64,000 bases of DNA from sequence record NC_070882.1; one strand, written 5' to 3'. Positions 18,870-28,531 of this stretch are shown here, one piece after another (the stretch's first letter is position 1; each line of letters opens with the position of its first letter). The notes beneath the pieces were generated by a model. The model saw nothing but the letters and a program-made list of their open reading frames with translations, made no database searches and was not told the origin of the DNA. Position numbers and translations under genes: made by a program.

Positions 18870-19288
18870 AAAACATCCGTTTAGTAGAAGTGGCTAAACA
18901 TGCCTATTGTTTAATCGGTGGTCTGCCTGAGCCAGAAGACCTTGATGAAAATGAAAAAGAATACTGGGCGACTATACCGAGTGAAGACATCAAACTTGCT
19001 TCGCATTGGAAACTCGTATCTACCGGTCCTCTTTACGACCTCCTGATGAAGTTTAGTAAAATAGACCACGATCGAGTTAACCCTTATCCGGGTGGTCCCA
19101 CTCTTAACACCGATGAACTTGAAACATTCAGGATTCCAGGTGAAGATGAGAGCGCTTTGATTTGGCGTGATGTCTGTATCACGTGGTACAAACGACCAGG
19201 GCGTTGCATGTGTGCTTCAAGGGATCTCACCGATGAAGAACTCGTGCAACTAGAACAAGAACTCAACAAAGCGATCGAAAAACCATGA
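18866..19288 (+). CDS. hypothetical protein
   Basis: ATGA-coupled start. Confidence 0.7.
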   Translation: MKNIRLVEVAKHAYCLIGGLPEPEDLDENEKEYWATIPSEDIKLASHWKLVSTGPLYDLLMKFSKIDHDRVNPYPGGPTLNTDELETFRIPGEDESALIWRDVCITWYKRPGRCMCASRDLTDEELVQLEQELNKAIEKP

Positions 19289-19653
19289 CCGTATATTTCG
19301 AAGGCACTGGTGAACCGCGCGCAGCCACGTTCAGTGAAGTACGTGATCTGTTTATAGACGCGGTAAATAGTAAACGAGATGAAATTCTCGCTGAAGCTGA
19401 ACAAGGTAAGTATGAGGCATATGTCAATCCGAATGCTGCCATGGCGGATGATATTGTCTCTGGTGTACTCGGTGTGATTGAAGGTAACCATCCCGACTGT
19501 CCCGGTTTTTCACTCATTCCTAAGGTGGGTGAAGAAGAAAAAGCCGAAGCTATTGAAGCAGGTGGAAACTGGATTCCATTCGCATCTGAAGATGTGGAAG
19601 CAATCGATATTTCCGATGGGGTAGTTGATTATTTCAAATTGGTAAACAGCTAA
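19285..19653 (+). CDS. acidic hypothetical protein
   Basis: ATGA-coupled. Confidence 0.7.
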   Translation: MTVYFEGTGEPRAATFSEVRDLFIDAVNSKRDEILAEAEQGKYEAYVNPNAAMADDIVSGVLGVIEGNHPDCPGFSLIPKVGEEEKAEAIEAGGNWIPFASEDVEAIDISDGVVDYFKLVNS

Positions 19654-20153
19654 TGAACTACAGTATCATCGAAGCTCCCATTCTTGTGAAGATGTCCCTA
19701 CGTTCGATCATAGAGAACAAACTTTACGAACAATCCGGTTCACTCTGTCGTTATATCAAAACCATTCTGAAAAATGGTACCGTGAGACGTTACCGTGTGG
19801 TAATGGCGATCGATGATACTGATGGTGCACTGGTTGGTTATATCTTGCACAATACTGGCCGTCGTAATCTCTGTATGTTCTACGTTAAACCCGAATTCCG
19901 GCGAAAAGGCGTCGGTTCAGGTATGGTGAAAGAACTACGACGATTGACTGGTTCAAAACTTCTACGTGGTTATTATGGTTTCCATGGATACCAACATTTC
20001 TACGAGAAGCATTACATCTACCAAGTCGATGCTGACTTCACGACTGAAGAAACTAAACGCATTCTGAGGGGTGAAGTTAAAGCATCATCCATTCTGAAAT
20101 ACCGGCAACACAAACTACGTCTTAAAACCAAACAACTTGTAGGAGAAGCTTAA
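19653..20153 (+). CDS. GNAT-family acetyltransferase
   Basis: FYVKPEFRRKGVGSGMV acetyl-CoA-binding motif A. Confidence 0.8.
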   Translation: MNYSIIEAPILVKMSLRSIIENKLYEQSGSLCRYIKTILKNGTVRRYRVVMAIDDTDGALVGYILHNTGRRNLCMFYVKPEFRRKGVGSGMVKELRRLTGSKLLRGYYGFHGYQHFYEKHYIYQVDADFTTEETKRILRGEVKASSILKYRQHKLRLKTKQLVGEA

Positions 20154-20443
20154 TGGCTACTCAACTGATTGGCGCTGCTGTAGAAGTACGTACTGAGGCA
20201 ATTGAACTGTTCAAGAACAAAGTTCGTGAACTCAGTAAAGATGACACCAACGACGGCAATGATGTTCTTTGCGGGGCAGCTGCTGCCGCTATTGACTATG
20301 CGGTGGGTGGTGTTCTCGACGCTGTTGAAAACCATTACGAGGATATCATCACTGGGTCTACCGACCACGATGAAGATCCTGGTGTGAATCTCACTTGTGT
20401 CTCCGGGCTCTCGGAAACCTACTTCGAGTCCGTGAATACCTGA
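20153..20443 (+). CDS. acidic hypothetical protein
   Basis: TAATG-coupled. Confidence 0.7.
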   Translation: MATQLIGAAVEVRTEAIELFKNKVRELSKDDTNDGNDVLCGAAAAAIDYAVGGVLDAVENHYEDIITGSTDHDEDPGVNLTCVSGLSETYFESVNT

Positions 20444-20784
20444 TGAAGGTTCCTTCGTTAGATTGGAACGATCCAGACCTTGACTCCCTGCTCCGAGTGA
20501 GTGGGGAGTTTTCTGCCGTTGTTATCGACCTTGAGAAATCCATTATCAATGTCGGTGTTGCAATGTTAAATGATCTTCTGGATAAAGCAACGGTTGACGT
20601 GGTTGACAAGACGGGTATAGCTGAAGGACCTGTCCGTGAATGGCTCACTGACTTTGCTTACAAGCTCGGTGACATTAACCTCTCCGCTGTGAAAATGGTG
20701 GAGAACCATTCTCTGGATACTTCAGCTGCTAGTCACGTTGTGGGTTCCATCTACTCCTATCACTACGACAGGGTTAACACATGA
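20443..20784 (+). CDS. hypothetical protein
   Basis: TGATG-coupled start (MKVPSLDW). Confidence 0.7.
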   Translation: MKVPSLDWNDPDLDSLLRVSGEFSAVVIDLEKSIINVGVAMLNDLLDKATVDVVDKTGIAEGPVREWLTDFAYKLGDINLSAVKMVENHSLDTSAASHVVGSIYSYHYDRVNT

Positions 20785-20996
20785 GTGATCCGGCTAACGC
20801 TCTTATCGAGTATTACGCATCTCGTGGTCTTAGTGGCGTAATGGCTACACATGAACTACATACACAGATCAATGGCGATCACATCATCTTCGGTGGTGGT
20901 TGGACCGAGACAACAGAGAAAGCAGCATCATCGCTAAGGCGGCGAATGAAGCGTAGTTCCATAACCGAGGTGAATGTATGGAAGAAGCGAAAGTAG
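20781..20996 (+). CDS. hypothetical protein
   Basis: ATGA-coupled. Confidence 0.65.
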   Translation: MSDPANALIEYYASRGLSGVMATHELHTQINGDHIIFGGGWTETTEKAASSLRRRMKRSSITEVNVWKKRK

Positions 20997-21313
20997 AATA
21001 CCCCTACCATGATAACGAATTTCAGAGCGGGAAAACAAAATTCCTACAAGATGAAATTCGCGAACGGGTAGATGGCATCATCAATGAAGGTTTCGCTGAT
21101 ATTTCATATAACGGCGAAGGACGAATGATGTCTAAACTCTTCACTGATACTGCAAGAAAAGCTGCTTTGGCTACTATCGATGCTATTCAGACTCATGGTC
21201 AAATCATGATCGTCGGTAGTGATGTGTACGATGAAGAGGGTAAAATCCGCCTCACTAGTACGCCGTGGTATCCTGATCTCACGCAATCTCTTTTTGAGGG
21301 AGTTAACACGTGA
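20978..21313 (+). CDS. hypothetical protein
   Basis: RBS GAGGTG. Confidence 0.7.
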   Translation: MEEAKVEYPYHDNEFQSGKTKFLQDEIRERVDGIINEGFADISYNGEGRMMSKLFTDTARKAALATIDAIQTHGQIMIVGSDVYDEEGKIRLTSTPWYPDLTQSLFEGVNT

Positions 21314-21654
21314 CTGATACGAAAGATGATTGTCCCTTTAAACCTACAAAAGAGTGGTTAAGAGCAAATGACTTATTCCTCCAAGAGTTTTCAGAAACTC
21401 ATGAAACGTTCAGCCGAGAAAATGTGCTCCGTTACACGGACGCTGCACAACAAGACGCGTTCGATGAAGGAATTAAAGAAGGTATCCTTCTGGCCCTTCG
21501 GTTCCTGAGTTCTGGTAACTATCGTTGTTCCAGGGATTATGATTCCAAGCTTAAGCGGAGTAAATCTGTAACTGATCGCGCTGTTGGTGTTAGGCTTATT
21601 TCTGATAATAACAATACCCTAGCAGATCGATATTTCAAACACATTAATCAATGA
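21310..21654 (+). CDS. hypothetical protein
   Basis: GTGA-coupled. Confidence 0.65.
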   Translation: MTDTKDDCPFKPTKEWLRANDLFLQEFSETHETFSRENVLRYTDAAQQDAFDEGIKEGILLALRFLSSGNYRCSRDYDSKLKRSKSVTDRAVGVRLISDNNNTLADRYFKHINQ

Positions 21655-21661
21655 GGTAAGT

Positions 21662-22012
21662 ATGCATAATCTAAACATCGTTATTATTGGTAGTCCATTC
21701 CTCTATGGGATCCTCACACTGATTTCGATTGGTCTGGCGGGATGGATTCTGTTCTCTAAAAAGAACTGGGTCAAGCAACTTGGTTTTGCAAAGCGTTTCC
21801 TGATCGCTCTGGTTATCGTTATCTTCTTCCAGGCATCTTTGCTTCAGATCACTACTCCGGTAAAACCTTCAGCTGTGGCTCGTTTCGATGCACCGCTGGT
21901 TGATCAATCAACTATCCCGGAAAAAGTTACCAAACCCCAAGATAATGTGTCGAAAGCTCAATCTTCTTTTGACGAACAACTCAAGAAATCTAAACAGGAA
22001 AACGCGCAATGA
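21662..22012 (+). CDS. two-TM membrane protein
   Basis: RBS GAGGT; coupled to the SPFH gene. Confidence 0.75.
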   Translation: MHNLNIVIIGSPFLYGILTLISIGLAGWILFSKKNWVKQLGFAKRFLIALVIVIFFQASLLQITTPVKPSAVARFDAPLVDQSTIPEKVTKPQDNVSKAQSSFDEQLKKSKQENAQ

Positions 22013-22875
22013 AAAAGTACATCCAATTTGTTTTTGCAATTCTGATCGCTCTCGCAGTTACCGGTTGTTCGTTTGAGGTTATTCCTCCGGCGCACAAAGG
22101 TAAGCTACTCACTGTTAACGGCTATTCCCCGGAAGTTCTCGAACCCGGTAAACTCACTGTCTATGGACGTGATCAACTCATCCTGCTGGATGGTTCGGTT
22201 CAGACCAAAAACGAACAACTGACTGTAAAGATGGCAGATAAACTCGATCTGACTTTTACTGTTAGTTTCCGTACTCGCGTTGCTGGTAACGAACAAGTTA
22301 TCAACGCCATGTTCAACTCGATCACCGTTGTTGACAACATCGTTACCCTGGATCAAGTTTACAGTATCTACGGGCGTGATGTAGTTAGCTCGGTTTCTCG
22401 TTCTGTGCTCGGCAAATATAAAGTCGAAGAAGTTCCTGCAAACTTCGATAAGATCACTGCTGATCTTCTGGCCAAACTCCAAGAAGCAATGAAAAATTCT
22501 CCGCTTGAAGTATCTAACGTTACTCTCGGTAGTCTGAAGTATCCGAGTGTTATTACTGAAGCTATTGAGAAACAAGCTGAGCGTGAACTTGCTATTCAGA
22601 CCGAGAATAACCAGCAAGCGATTGAAATGACCAAACGCACTAACGCCTTGAAACTGGCCGAAGCTGATCGTGAGGTTGAGCTGACTAAAGCACGTACCCT
22701 GCGTGATCAGAACCAAATCGTTGCTGCGGGTATTAGCGAGAAGCTTCTGCAATATCGTGCTCTGGAAGTTCAAGAAAAAATGGCTAACAGTCTGGGTAAC
22801 TCCGGCTCGTCCATCTTCGTTCCATATGAAGCACTGAACAGCACTGGCATGAGCAATCGTGTATTCAGCAAGTAA
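22009..22875 (+). CDS. SPFH/band-7 (prohibitin-like) lipoprotein
   Basis: Lipobox LAVTGC; SPFH-type body (VIPPAHKGKL, ITEAIEK) and coiled-coil tail. Confidence 0.8.
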   Translation: MKKYIQFVFAILIALAVTGCSFEVIPPAHKGKLLTVNGYSPEVLEPGKLTVYGRDQLILLDGSVQTKNEQLTVKMADKLDLTFTVSFRTRVAGNEQVINAMFNSITVVDNIVTLDQVYSIYGRDVVSSVSRSVLGKYKVEEVPANFDKITADLLAKLQEAMKNSPLEVSNVTLGSLKYPSVITEAIEKQAERELAIQTENNQQAIEMTKRTNALKLAEADREVELTKARTLRDQNQIVAAGISEKLLQYRALEVQEKMANSLGNSGSSIFVPYEALNSTGMSNRVFSK

Positions 22876-22881
22876 TTTAAT

Positions 22882-22903
22882 CTGCGTCTCTTAGGAGACG
22901 CAG
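22882..22903 (+). terminator. hairpin
   Basis: ctgcgtctc-ttag-gagacgcag after a stop codon. Confidence 0.55.
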
Positions 22904-22934
22904 CTATACCTTCTCTCTAATTAAGGATACGAAA

Positions 22935-23246
22935 ATGGAACATGTAGAAAACGTAATTGAACAACATTCGGCTCTGACCAACGCTGGTGCTTCTGTACTG
23001 AAATACTGCGAAGATCTCAAAAGCGATCTTCTTAAAGGTCTCGATGTTGAAGCCGAAGCAGTCAAAGTACATTCGGCATTTATCGATCGTGCTATCGCTG
23101 GTACCATGGCCGGTATCCAGAATGATTTCCATCTGGTACCGAAGTTCATTGTTAATGAGAGTGGTGAATCTCAGACGGTTGAAGTCGCTCCGAATACTCT
23201 GGAGATTGACCTGGCTGCTTCCTATTGGGCAACTGTTAATAACTGA
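22935..23246 (+). CDS. hypothetical protein
   Basis: RBS AAGGA; ends at a hairpin. Confidence 0.75.
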   Translation: MEHVENVIEQHSALTNAGASVLKYCEDLKSDLLKGLDVEAEAVKVHSAFIDRAIAGTMAGIQNDFHLVPKFIVNESGESQTVEVAPNTLEIDLAASYWATVNN

Positions 23247-23308
23247 TCCGACATAAGGCTGTCCCCGCGGGGACAGCTTTTTTACCGTTTAATTTTTAGG
23301 TGGAAAGT

Positions 23309-23731
23309 ATGCCATTTACTATTCCGACATCGGCTATTATTCTTTTAATTCTGGCCGGTTTAATTTGGTTAACACTACCAACAGAATCAAAAAAGAAAGA
23401 AAAGCCAAAAAAGAAAGAAAAGCGTCGTGTTATTATCGGTAGTATGACACACTACGTCGGTAGTAACCTTATTGCTTATTCAGACTTCCGTCGAATGTAT
23501 CTAGACTTTCCAGATACCCAGGGCACTGTGTTTCTTTGCTGTCAGGATAGAACAATTGAAGTATACCAATCTCTTGAATCGGCATACCGAATGGCAGGGG
23601 AAGATACGCATTCTATTCTAGAAGTTACTTTGGTTGGCGATCCTGAATGGAGTGTTAAAGTAGAGCAGGTTACAGAGGGGCAAACCGGTGTACGGACTGA
23701 ACTTGGCTTTGGTATTATCGCTATGAAGTGA
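23309..23731 (+). CDS. membrane-anchored hypothetical protein
   Basis: N-terminal TM segment then a Lys-rich linker. Confidence 0.7.
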   Translation: MPFTIPTSAIILLILAGLIWLTLPTESKKKEKPKKKEKRRVIIGSMTHYVGSNLIAYSDFRRMYLDFPDTQGTVFLCCQDRTIEVYQSLESAYRMAGEDTHSILEVTLVGDPEWSVKVEQVTEGQTGVRTELGFGIIAMK

Positions 23732-23782
23732 CCGATGTTATGTACAGCAATACCGCTGTTCATGACTATGGAGAATCACCCA

Positions 23783-24190
23783 ATGGCGATTTATTCCCTG
23801 GACGAAGCCGGCAAGGCTATGTCCGATGCTGAGATTGCTCAGTATGAAGATGCTATCAACGAATATCTGTCTCTTCCTGGGACTGTTGATTTCCTTAACG
23901 ATCCGGAACAAGCTGTCCATTTCGTTCACCGTCATTTCCGTAATGTCACCATTGCTGAAACTTCCGTTGCTGCTCTAAAGAAAGCGATTGAAGATGCCGG
24001 TTGGAAATCCGTTTCCGTTGAAATCAAGAATGGAAATGAGATGTTCGTTAGCTTCTATGTTGAAGAACAACCGGAAGCTCCGGTAGAACCTGAACCGGGT
24101 GAAGGTGGCGATAACGAAGGTGAGAATGGTGGCACTGGCGGTACTCCTCCGGAGACTGGCGGCGAAACCGAACCCGACGTTGGTGAGTAA
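23783..24190 (+). CDS. hypothetical protein with acidic Gly/Pro/Glu tail
   Basis: RBS GGAG; IEDAGWKSV; low-complexity C-terminus. Confidence 0.7.
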   Translation: MAIYSLDEAGKAMSDAEIAQYEDAINEYLSLPGTVDFLNDPEQAVHFVHRHFRNVTIAETSVAALKKAIEDAGWKSVSVEIKNGNEMFVSFYVEEQPEAPVEPEPGEGGDNEGENGGTGGTPPETGGETEPDVGE

Positions 24191-24238
24191 ACATAATTGC
24201 CTCTCCTTCGGGAGAGGCGTTATGTCCTTTTTTCTTTT

Positions 24239-24330
24239 ATATTTAAACGCATTAAAAGCCTATATTACAACTGTGATAATAGAAGGTTATATTTAAACCT
24301 TTTAAATCCCTATATTACAAATGTGATATT
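24239..24330 (+). promoter_or_regulatory. two tandem early promoters (TATATTAC at 24261 and 24311)
   Basis: Imperfect direct repeat of about 43 bp with a 50-bp period. Confidence 0.8.
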
Positions 24331-24354
24331 CCACCATGTAAAAAGGATAGTACA

Positions 24355-24960
24355 ATGAAACAATTGCGAAAAGAAATTCTGAGCAATACCATCGATGGTA
24401 TTCCGTCTGCATGTGAGCTTCACCTGTACGTTGATTTCATTTTTAACGTACCTGTGTTCATCGTCCATAATCAACTAGCTAATGATTTCGATGTAGACGA
24501 TGTTCGTCGTTACGGTGCTGTGTTCGTGGATTTCTATTCCGCGATGAATTTCATGCAACTCGCTAAAGCTACCTGGTATGGTAACACCGAGATCGAACTC
24601 GGGCGGGTACAAGGGTGCATCAAATACCATGAGCTTTATGAGCTACTGGAAGACAAAAACGGTGATGATGAACTTATCATCGAGATCTCGGCTGGGAACA
24701 AATTTGTGTTTCTCACTGTTGGAGATGATCCCAATTCTCTTCACTTCACATCGGATATCAGTAAGGCATGTAACTTCAATAATCTTGGACATGCTGACAT
24801 GATTATCGCTCGCCTTGGACTCGCATGTGAGATGGCGTCCGTAACCGAAATCATCAAAACTGGAGTTTTCAACGATCATGATGTCGTTAACTTCAGTGTT
24901 CTCCGAAAAACCGCAGAGCGTACACATAGTGTCGTTCGCCACTACACCACTAATATTTAA
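24355..24960 (+). CDS. hypothetical early protein
   Basis: RBS AAGGA; directly after the tandem promoters. Confidence 0.75.
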   Translation: MKQLRKEILSNTIDGIPSACELHLYVDFIFNVPVFIVHNQLANDFDVDDVRRYGAVFVDFYSAMNFMQLAKATWYGNTEIELGRVQGCIKYHELYELLEDKNGDDELIIEISAGNKFVFLTVGDDPNSLHFTSDISKACNFNNLGHADMIIARLGLACEMASVTEIIKTGVFNDHDVVNFSVLRKTAERTHSVVRHYTTNI

Positions 24961-24974
24961 AAGGAAAATTCAAA

Positions 24975-25211
24975 ATGCTGACTTACAACATCCTGAACGA
25001 TATGGTTACCATCATCCATCTGGATCCGGTTACCATGACACCCGAGCGCTTCCAGGCTTACAACATGCATGTGGCTGGTAAACTCGGACATGATGCACGT
25101 GCTTTCATGAAGAAAGATGGGCACGGCTACGACGTGATCGAATGCTGGGGTTCCAGCGTAGAAGCCAAAGAAAAACTGATTCAAGCACTGCGCGAGGTTG
25201 ATTCCAAATGA
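24975..25211 (+). CDS. hypothetical protein
   Basis: RBS AAGGA. Confidence 0.7.
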   Translation: MLTYNILNDMVTIIHLDPVTMTPERFQAYNMHVAGKLGHDARAFMKKDGHGYDVIECWGSSVEAKEKLIQALREVDSK

Positions 25212-25600
25212 GTATCGTATCTGTAAAGGTTACTCGTAAGCGTAAAGGCGTTATCTATGTTCCACGTGGTGTTGGGTGTGCCGTTAATCCCGGTACCAAT
25301 CTGATCAGTATCGAATACAACCGTGCTGATAATTACGGTATCGATGACGGTGTCAATGTCTTCGAGATTGATGGATTCGATAATCCCATCAATAGCCGTA
25401 ATGCAGAGCTCGTCGAATGGGTGAAAGCCTGTAATGGCGAAAATATCGTTGTCCATTGTGAAATGGGCATGAAGCGTTCCAAGCAAGTAGCTCTGTGGAT
25501 CATTGAACACTTCGGTTACCACATGATGGATACCATTGAATTCCAGCGGCCGGGTGATGGAAACTGGGTTCGTTACAACCGCTATCGCTCGGGAGAATAA
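25208..25600 (+). CDS. CX5R (tyrosine/dual-specificity-like) phosphatase
   Basis: VVHCEMGMKRS P-loop. Confidence 0.75.
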   Translation: MSIVSVKVTRKRKGVIYVPRGVGCAVNPGTNLISIEYNRADNYGIDDGVNVFEIDGFDNPINSRNAELVEWVKACNGENIVVHCEMGMKRSKQVALWIIEHFGYHMMDTIEFQRPGDGNWVRYNRYRSGE

Positions 25601-25601
25601 C

Positions 25602-26132
25602 ATGTTCGAACTCAAATTCGCTGAAAAGGAAAGTTTCCCTGGTCGTGGTCCATGCATTGAACTCTATGGTGACTATGTCACCGAGCGTGTATGGGAAGCT
25701 GTTCATCGGGTTGTTACATGTAACCTGATGTCCTCTCCGTTCTATCAAGCAAAACAAGGTTTCAGTGTATTCTTCCAAGGCGGTCATAATGACCCACGTG
25801 GAAAATGGATCCTTCTGGAATTCTGGGTTGATGACATCGAGAAAACCAACGAATTCGTCCGACTCTTGTCGATTGAAGTTGATAAGGTTCTGATGAAGCG
25901 TAATACCCAGATCTGCGTTAACCCGTACAAAATGGGTTACGATGATGGCAGTGGTTCTTATACCGCTCTCAGTGAAATCCATAAAGAAACTGGCTGTCGT
26001 GTTGACTGGGGTTGTTCGATGAGCCCCATCACATTCCATCCAGAAAATAACCTGGAACATCGTGCAGTAACTAAACTCTGTGAGATGTTCCAACTTCCTG
26101 TAACTCGCTGGAAAGACACCTGGGAAGTCTAA
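25602..26132 (+). CDS. hypothetical protein
   Basis: RBS GGAG; start moved to MFELK. Confidence 0.7.
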   Translation: MFELKFAEKESFPGRGPCIELYGDYVTERVWEAVHRVVTCNLMSSPFYQAKQGFSVFFQGGHNDPRGKWILLEFWVDDIEKTNEFVRLLSIEVDKVLMKRNTQICVNPYKMGYDDGSGSYTALSEIHKETGCRVDWGCSMSPITFHPENNLEHRAVTKLCEMFQLPVTRWKDTWEV

Positions 26133-26174
26133 CCCGGAATCCCAATCTACTGATTAACTAAAAAGGAAAATGTA

Positions 26175-26648
26175 ATGTTCGGTTCTAATAATACTGCTGA
26201 TCGCCGCCTCGCTTCCACTCTGGCTCAAGAAAACAAAATCGAGATCGTGGGTGGTAATATCGTCCTGTCGGATCTGTATCGTGCAACTCCTCTGATGGAC
26301 GACAAGCTGTTGTTCAACGTGGAGGCTCTTCCGGAATTCATGCCTCACCTACTGACCTTCGCTCCGGTGGAAGTCGAACGTAAAAATCTGATCCTGGGCG
26401 ATGAGCGGGTGTTCCAGCTGATCGAGAACTACATCGAAAATATGACCGATGAGGAAGCGCTGGTTATTCGTAACCAAATCGATCGCATCAATGTCGTTTA
26501 TGGCATCCGTTCCATCGAGTGTTACAAAGACAGCTTCATCGTGCACTTCAACATGGGCAAGAAACCCATGAGCGCGATCATCGCTGTGTTCAACATGGTT
26601 GATGGTGTCGATACCTTCGAGTACGCTCATCGCACTTCTCTGAACTAA
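26175..26648 (+). CDS. hypothetical protein
   Basis: RBS AAGGA; followed by hairpin 26653-26674. Confidence 0.75.
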   Translation: MFGSNNTADRRLASTLAQENKIEIVGGNIVLSDLYRATPLMDDKLLFNVEALPEFMPHLLTFAPVEVERKNLILGDERVFQLIENYIENMTDEEALVIRNQIDRINVVYGIRSIECYKDSFIVHFNMGKKPMSAIIAVFNMVDGVDTFEYAHRTSLN

Positions 26649-26702
26649 TGACAGGGGACCTTCGGGTCCCCTTTCTATACATTTTTCTTTAGGGTCTTGA
26701 AA

Positions 26703-27053
26703 ATGCAAGTTAAACAAGGTTGGGGTTCACTCCCCGAGTCGTTGTCTCTCTTCGACAACACGAGTAAGGCTTCTGAAGCATTCCGTAAGGTACGCGAAGC
26801 TAATCCAGAAATGTTCAATGTCGTTGATCAAACGCGCATTATTATTCGGTCTGGTGTATTGGAACCGGAGAACTGGAAACTCGATGACCACACTAAAGGT
26901 CTGGTCTATCGCGTCAGTATGGGTAGTATGCCGTGGAACATGGCATACTATCAAGAACTCCGGCAATGGCTTTTCCGTTTGGGTTATGTCAACCCCTACA
27001 TCGAATACAACCCTGAAAAATCTATGGTCACCATTCAATTTGAGATGCCATAA
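26703..27053 (+). CDS. hypothetical protein
   Basis: Packed + run. Confidence 0.7.
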   Translation: MQVKQGWGSLPESLSLFDNTSKASEAFRKVREANPEMFNVVDQTRIIIRSGVLEPENWKLDDHTKGLVYRVSMGSMPWNMAYYQELRQWLFRLGYVNPYIEYNPEKSMVTIQFEMP

Positions 27054-27475
27054 TGACTGAACTCGACGAAAAGATAAAGAAGCTATTGGACTGGAGTTGG
27101 CGTGTAGAGATAGAGCCTCGCCATTATAATGGAAAGGCCACTCTGACACAAATGCTATGTGGCCGTAGTTGCTATTATGGATCCTTCATCGATGCCAATA
27201 AACTCTTGGTGTCTGATGAAGACCAGAAGACTATGTTTGAATCCGCTAAGGCTACGAAGCAATTCGTATCGCTTAGCATCGAGCTTACCTACAAAGAACC
27301 TAAAAAGTACTCGTGGGAAAAACAAACATATCGAACTAAAACCTTGTGTATCTGGGCCGATACCATTAGCAAAGCTGTGCAGATAGCTTATCTCTATTTA
27401 GATGAACATACGACTAATGAGACACATGACAATGGTCAGTCTGTTTATAAGGTCGTAAAATTACCCGGAGAATAG
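27053..27475 (+). CDS. hypothetical protein
   Basis: TAATG-coupled. Confidence 0.7.
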   Translation: MTELDEKIKKLLDWSWRVEIEPRHYNGKATLTQMLCGRSCYYGSFIDANKLLVSDEDQKTMFESAKATKQFVSLSIELTYKEPKKYSWEKQTYRTKTLCIWADTISKAVQIAYLYLDEHTTNETHDNGQSVYKVVKLPGE

Positions 27476-27477
27476 AC

Positions 27478-27738
27478 ATGAATTCTAACATCAAACTGGT
27501 AAAAAACGAAGGCGAATGGCTGGTACAGAAAATGGAAACTCAAAACAAGTTTACGTTTTCGCTGGATGATGATACCAGTTGGGTGTCACTAGGAATTCAT
27601 CCTGACTCGGGTCTTCGTTTCGAATGCAATATGAGTGGTGTTCTAGAACGGGTTTATCGGGTGAAAGACAACATTGATCTTGATGTGGTTGAAATCCCAT
27701 CTAACCATGGTCTTGCACGCCAACTTAATATTCAATGA
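27478..27738 (+). CDS. hypothetical protein
   Basis: RBS GGAG. Confidence 0.7.
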   Translation: MNSNIKLVKNEGEWLVQKMETQNKFTFSLDDDTSWVSLGIHPDSGLRFECNMSGVLERVYRVKDNIDLDVVEIPSNHGLARQLNIQ

Positions 27739-28139
27739 GGTTATCAATGTTTATTGAAACACTGGTTAACTTATGCATCATAGTTGCGGTAATTGCACTT
27801 GCTTATACAGTCGTTCGTTTTGTATTTAGGATCAGGAAACATTTCGTCGTAAATGTACTACATGTCCGAGGTGCAGTGAGTCGCAAAATACCAATTAAAA
27901 ATAAAGGTAATTGCTATGGGCTGCGTGATGGTAGGAACCAGTTCTATGTTGTAGTTAGAAATGGTGAAGTGACCTACCACAAAAACCTTACCAATCTGGA
28001 GATAGATTTAATCTCCAACGATGCTGATACCCTGTACTTCAAATATCACCAAGTCTGGTTAAGAGGCGGTGGCGCTTATAAATTCGAGGAATTCGATTTG
28101 AAGGGTAACAATAACGTTATTGATTGGAGGACAATCTAA
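27735..28139 (+). CDS. membrane-anchored hypothetical protein
   Basis: ATGA-coupled; N-terminal TM segment. Confidence 0.7.
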   Translation: MRLSMFIETLVNLCIIVAVIALAYTVVRFVFRIRKHFVVNVLHVRGAVSRKIPIKNKGNCYGLRDGRNQFYVVVRNGEVTYHKNLTNLEIDLISNDADTLYFKYHQVWLRGGGAYKFEEFDLKGNNNVIDWRTI

Positions 28140-28153
28140 CACGGAGATTCCGT

Positions 28154-28531
28154 ATGGATAAAACTCTCATTGAGTTATCTTTTCTATTATTCATGACTGC
28201 ATTACTACTAGCTTGGGTAATGATTATTATTCATCGTCCTCTTGTAGTGAATAATAAGCGCGTGAATATAGAAGTAGTAGGATACTCACATGACGGTATA
28301 AAAACGACTCCGGTCTGTTCGAATCCTGTTGTGGTCGATAGCTTAGATTCGACATTTTATGTCTATCTTTCTAATGACATGGTTATACTAGATCAACGCT
28401 ATAGGGAAGATTTGATATATCAGTCCTCGTTCTATTATGTCATTGAAACTTCATTGAATGAATTTGTTCGAGTCATTAGAACGCGATCTGATAAACCCAT
28501 TAGCTTCAATTTCAAATTTGGAGAATACTGA
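28154..28531 (+). CDS. membrane-anchored hypothetical protein
   Basis: RBS GGAG; N-terminal TM segment; similar layout to 27735. Confidence 0.7.
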   Translation: MDKTLIELSFLLFMTALLLAWVMIIIHRPLVVNNKRVNIEVVGYSHDGIKTTPVCSNPVVVDSLDSTFYVYLSNDMVILDQRYREDLIYQSSFYYVIETSLNEFVRVIRTRSDKPISFNFKFGEY

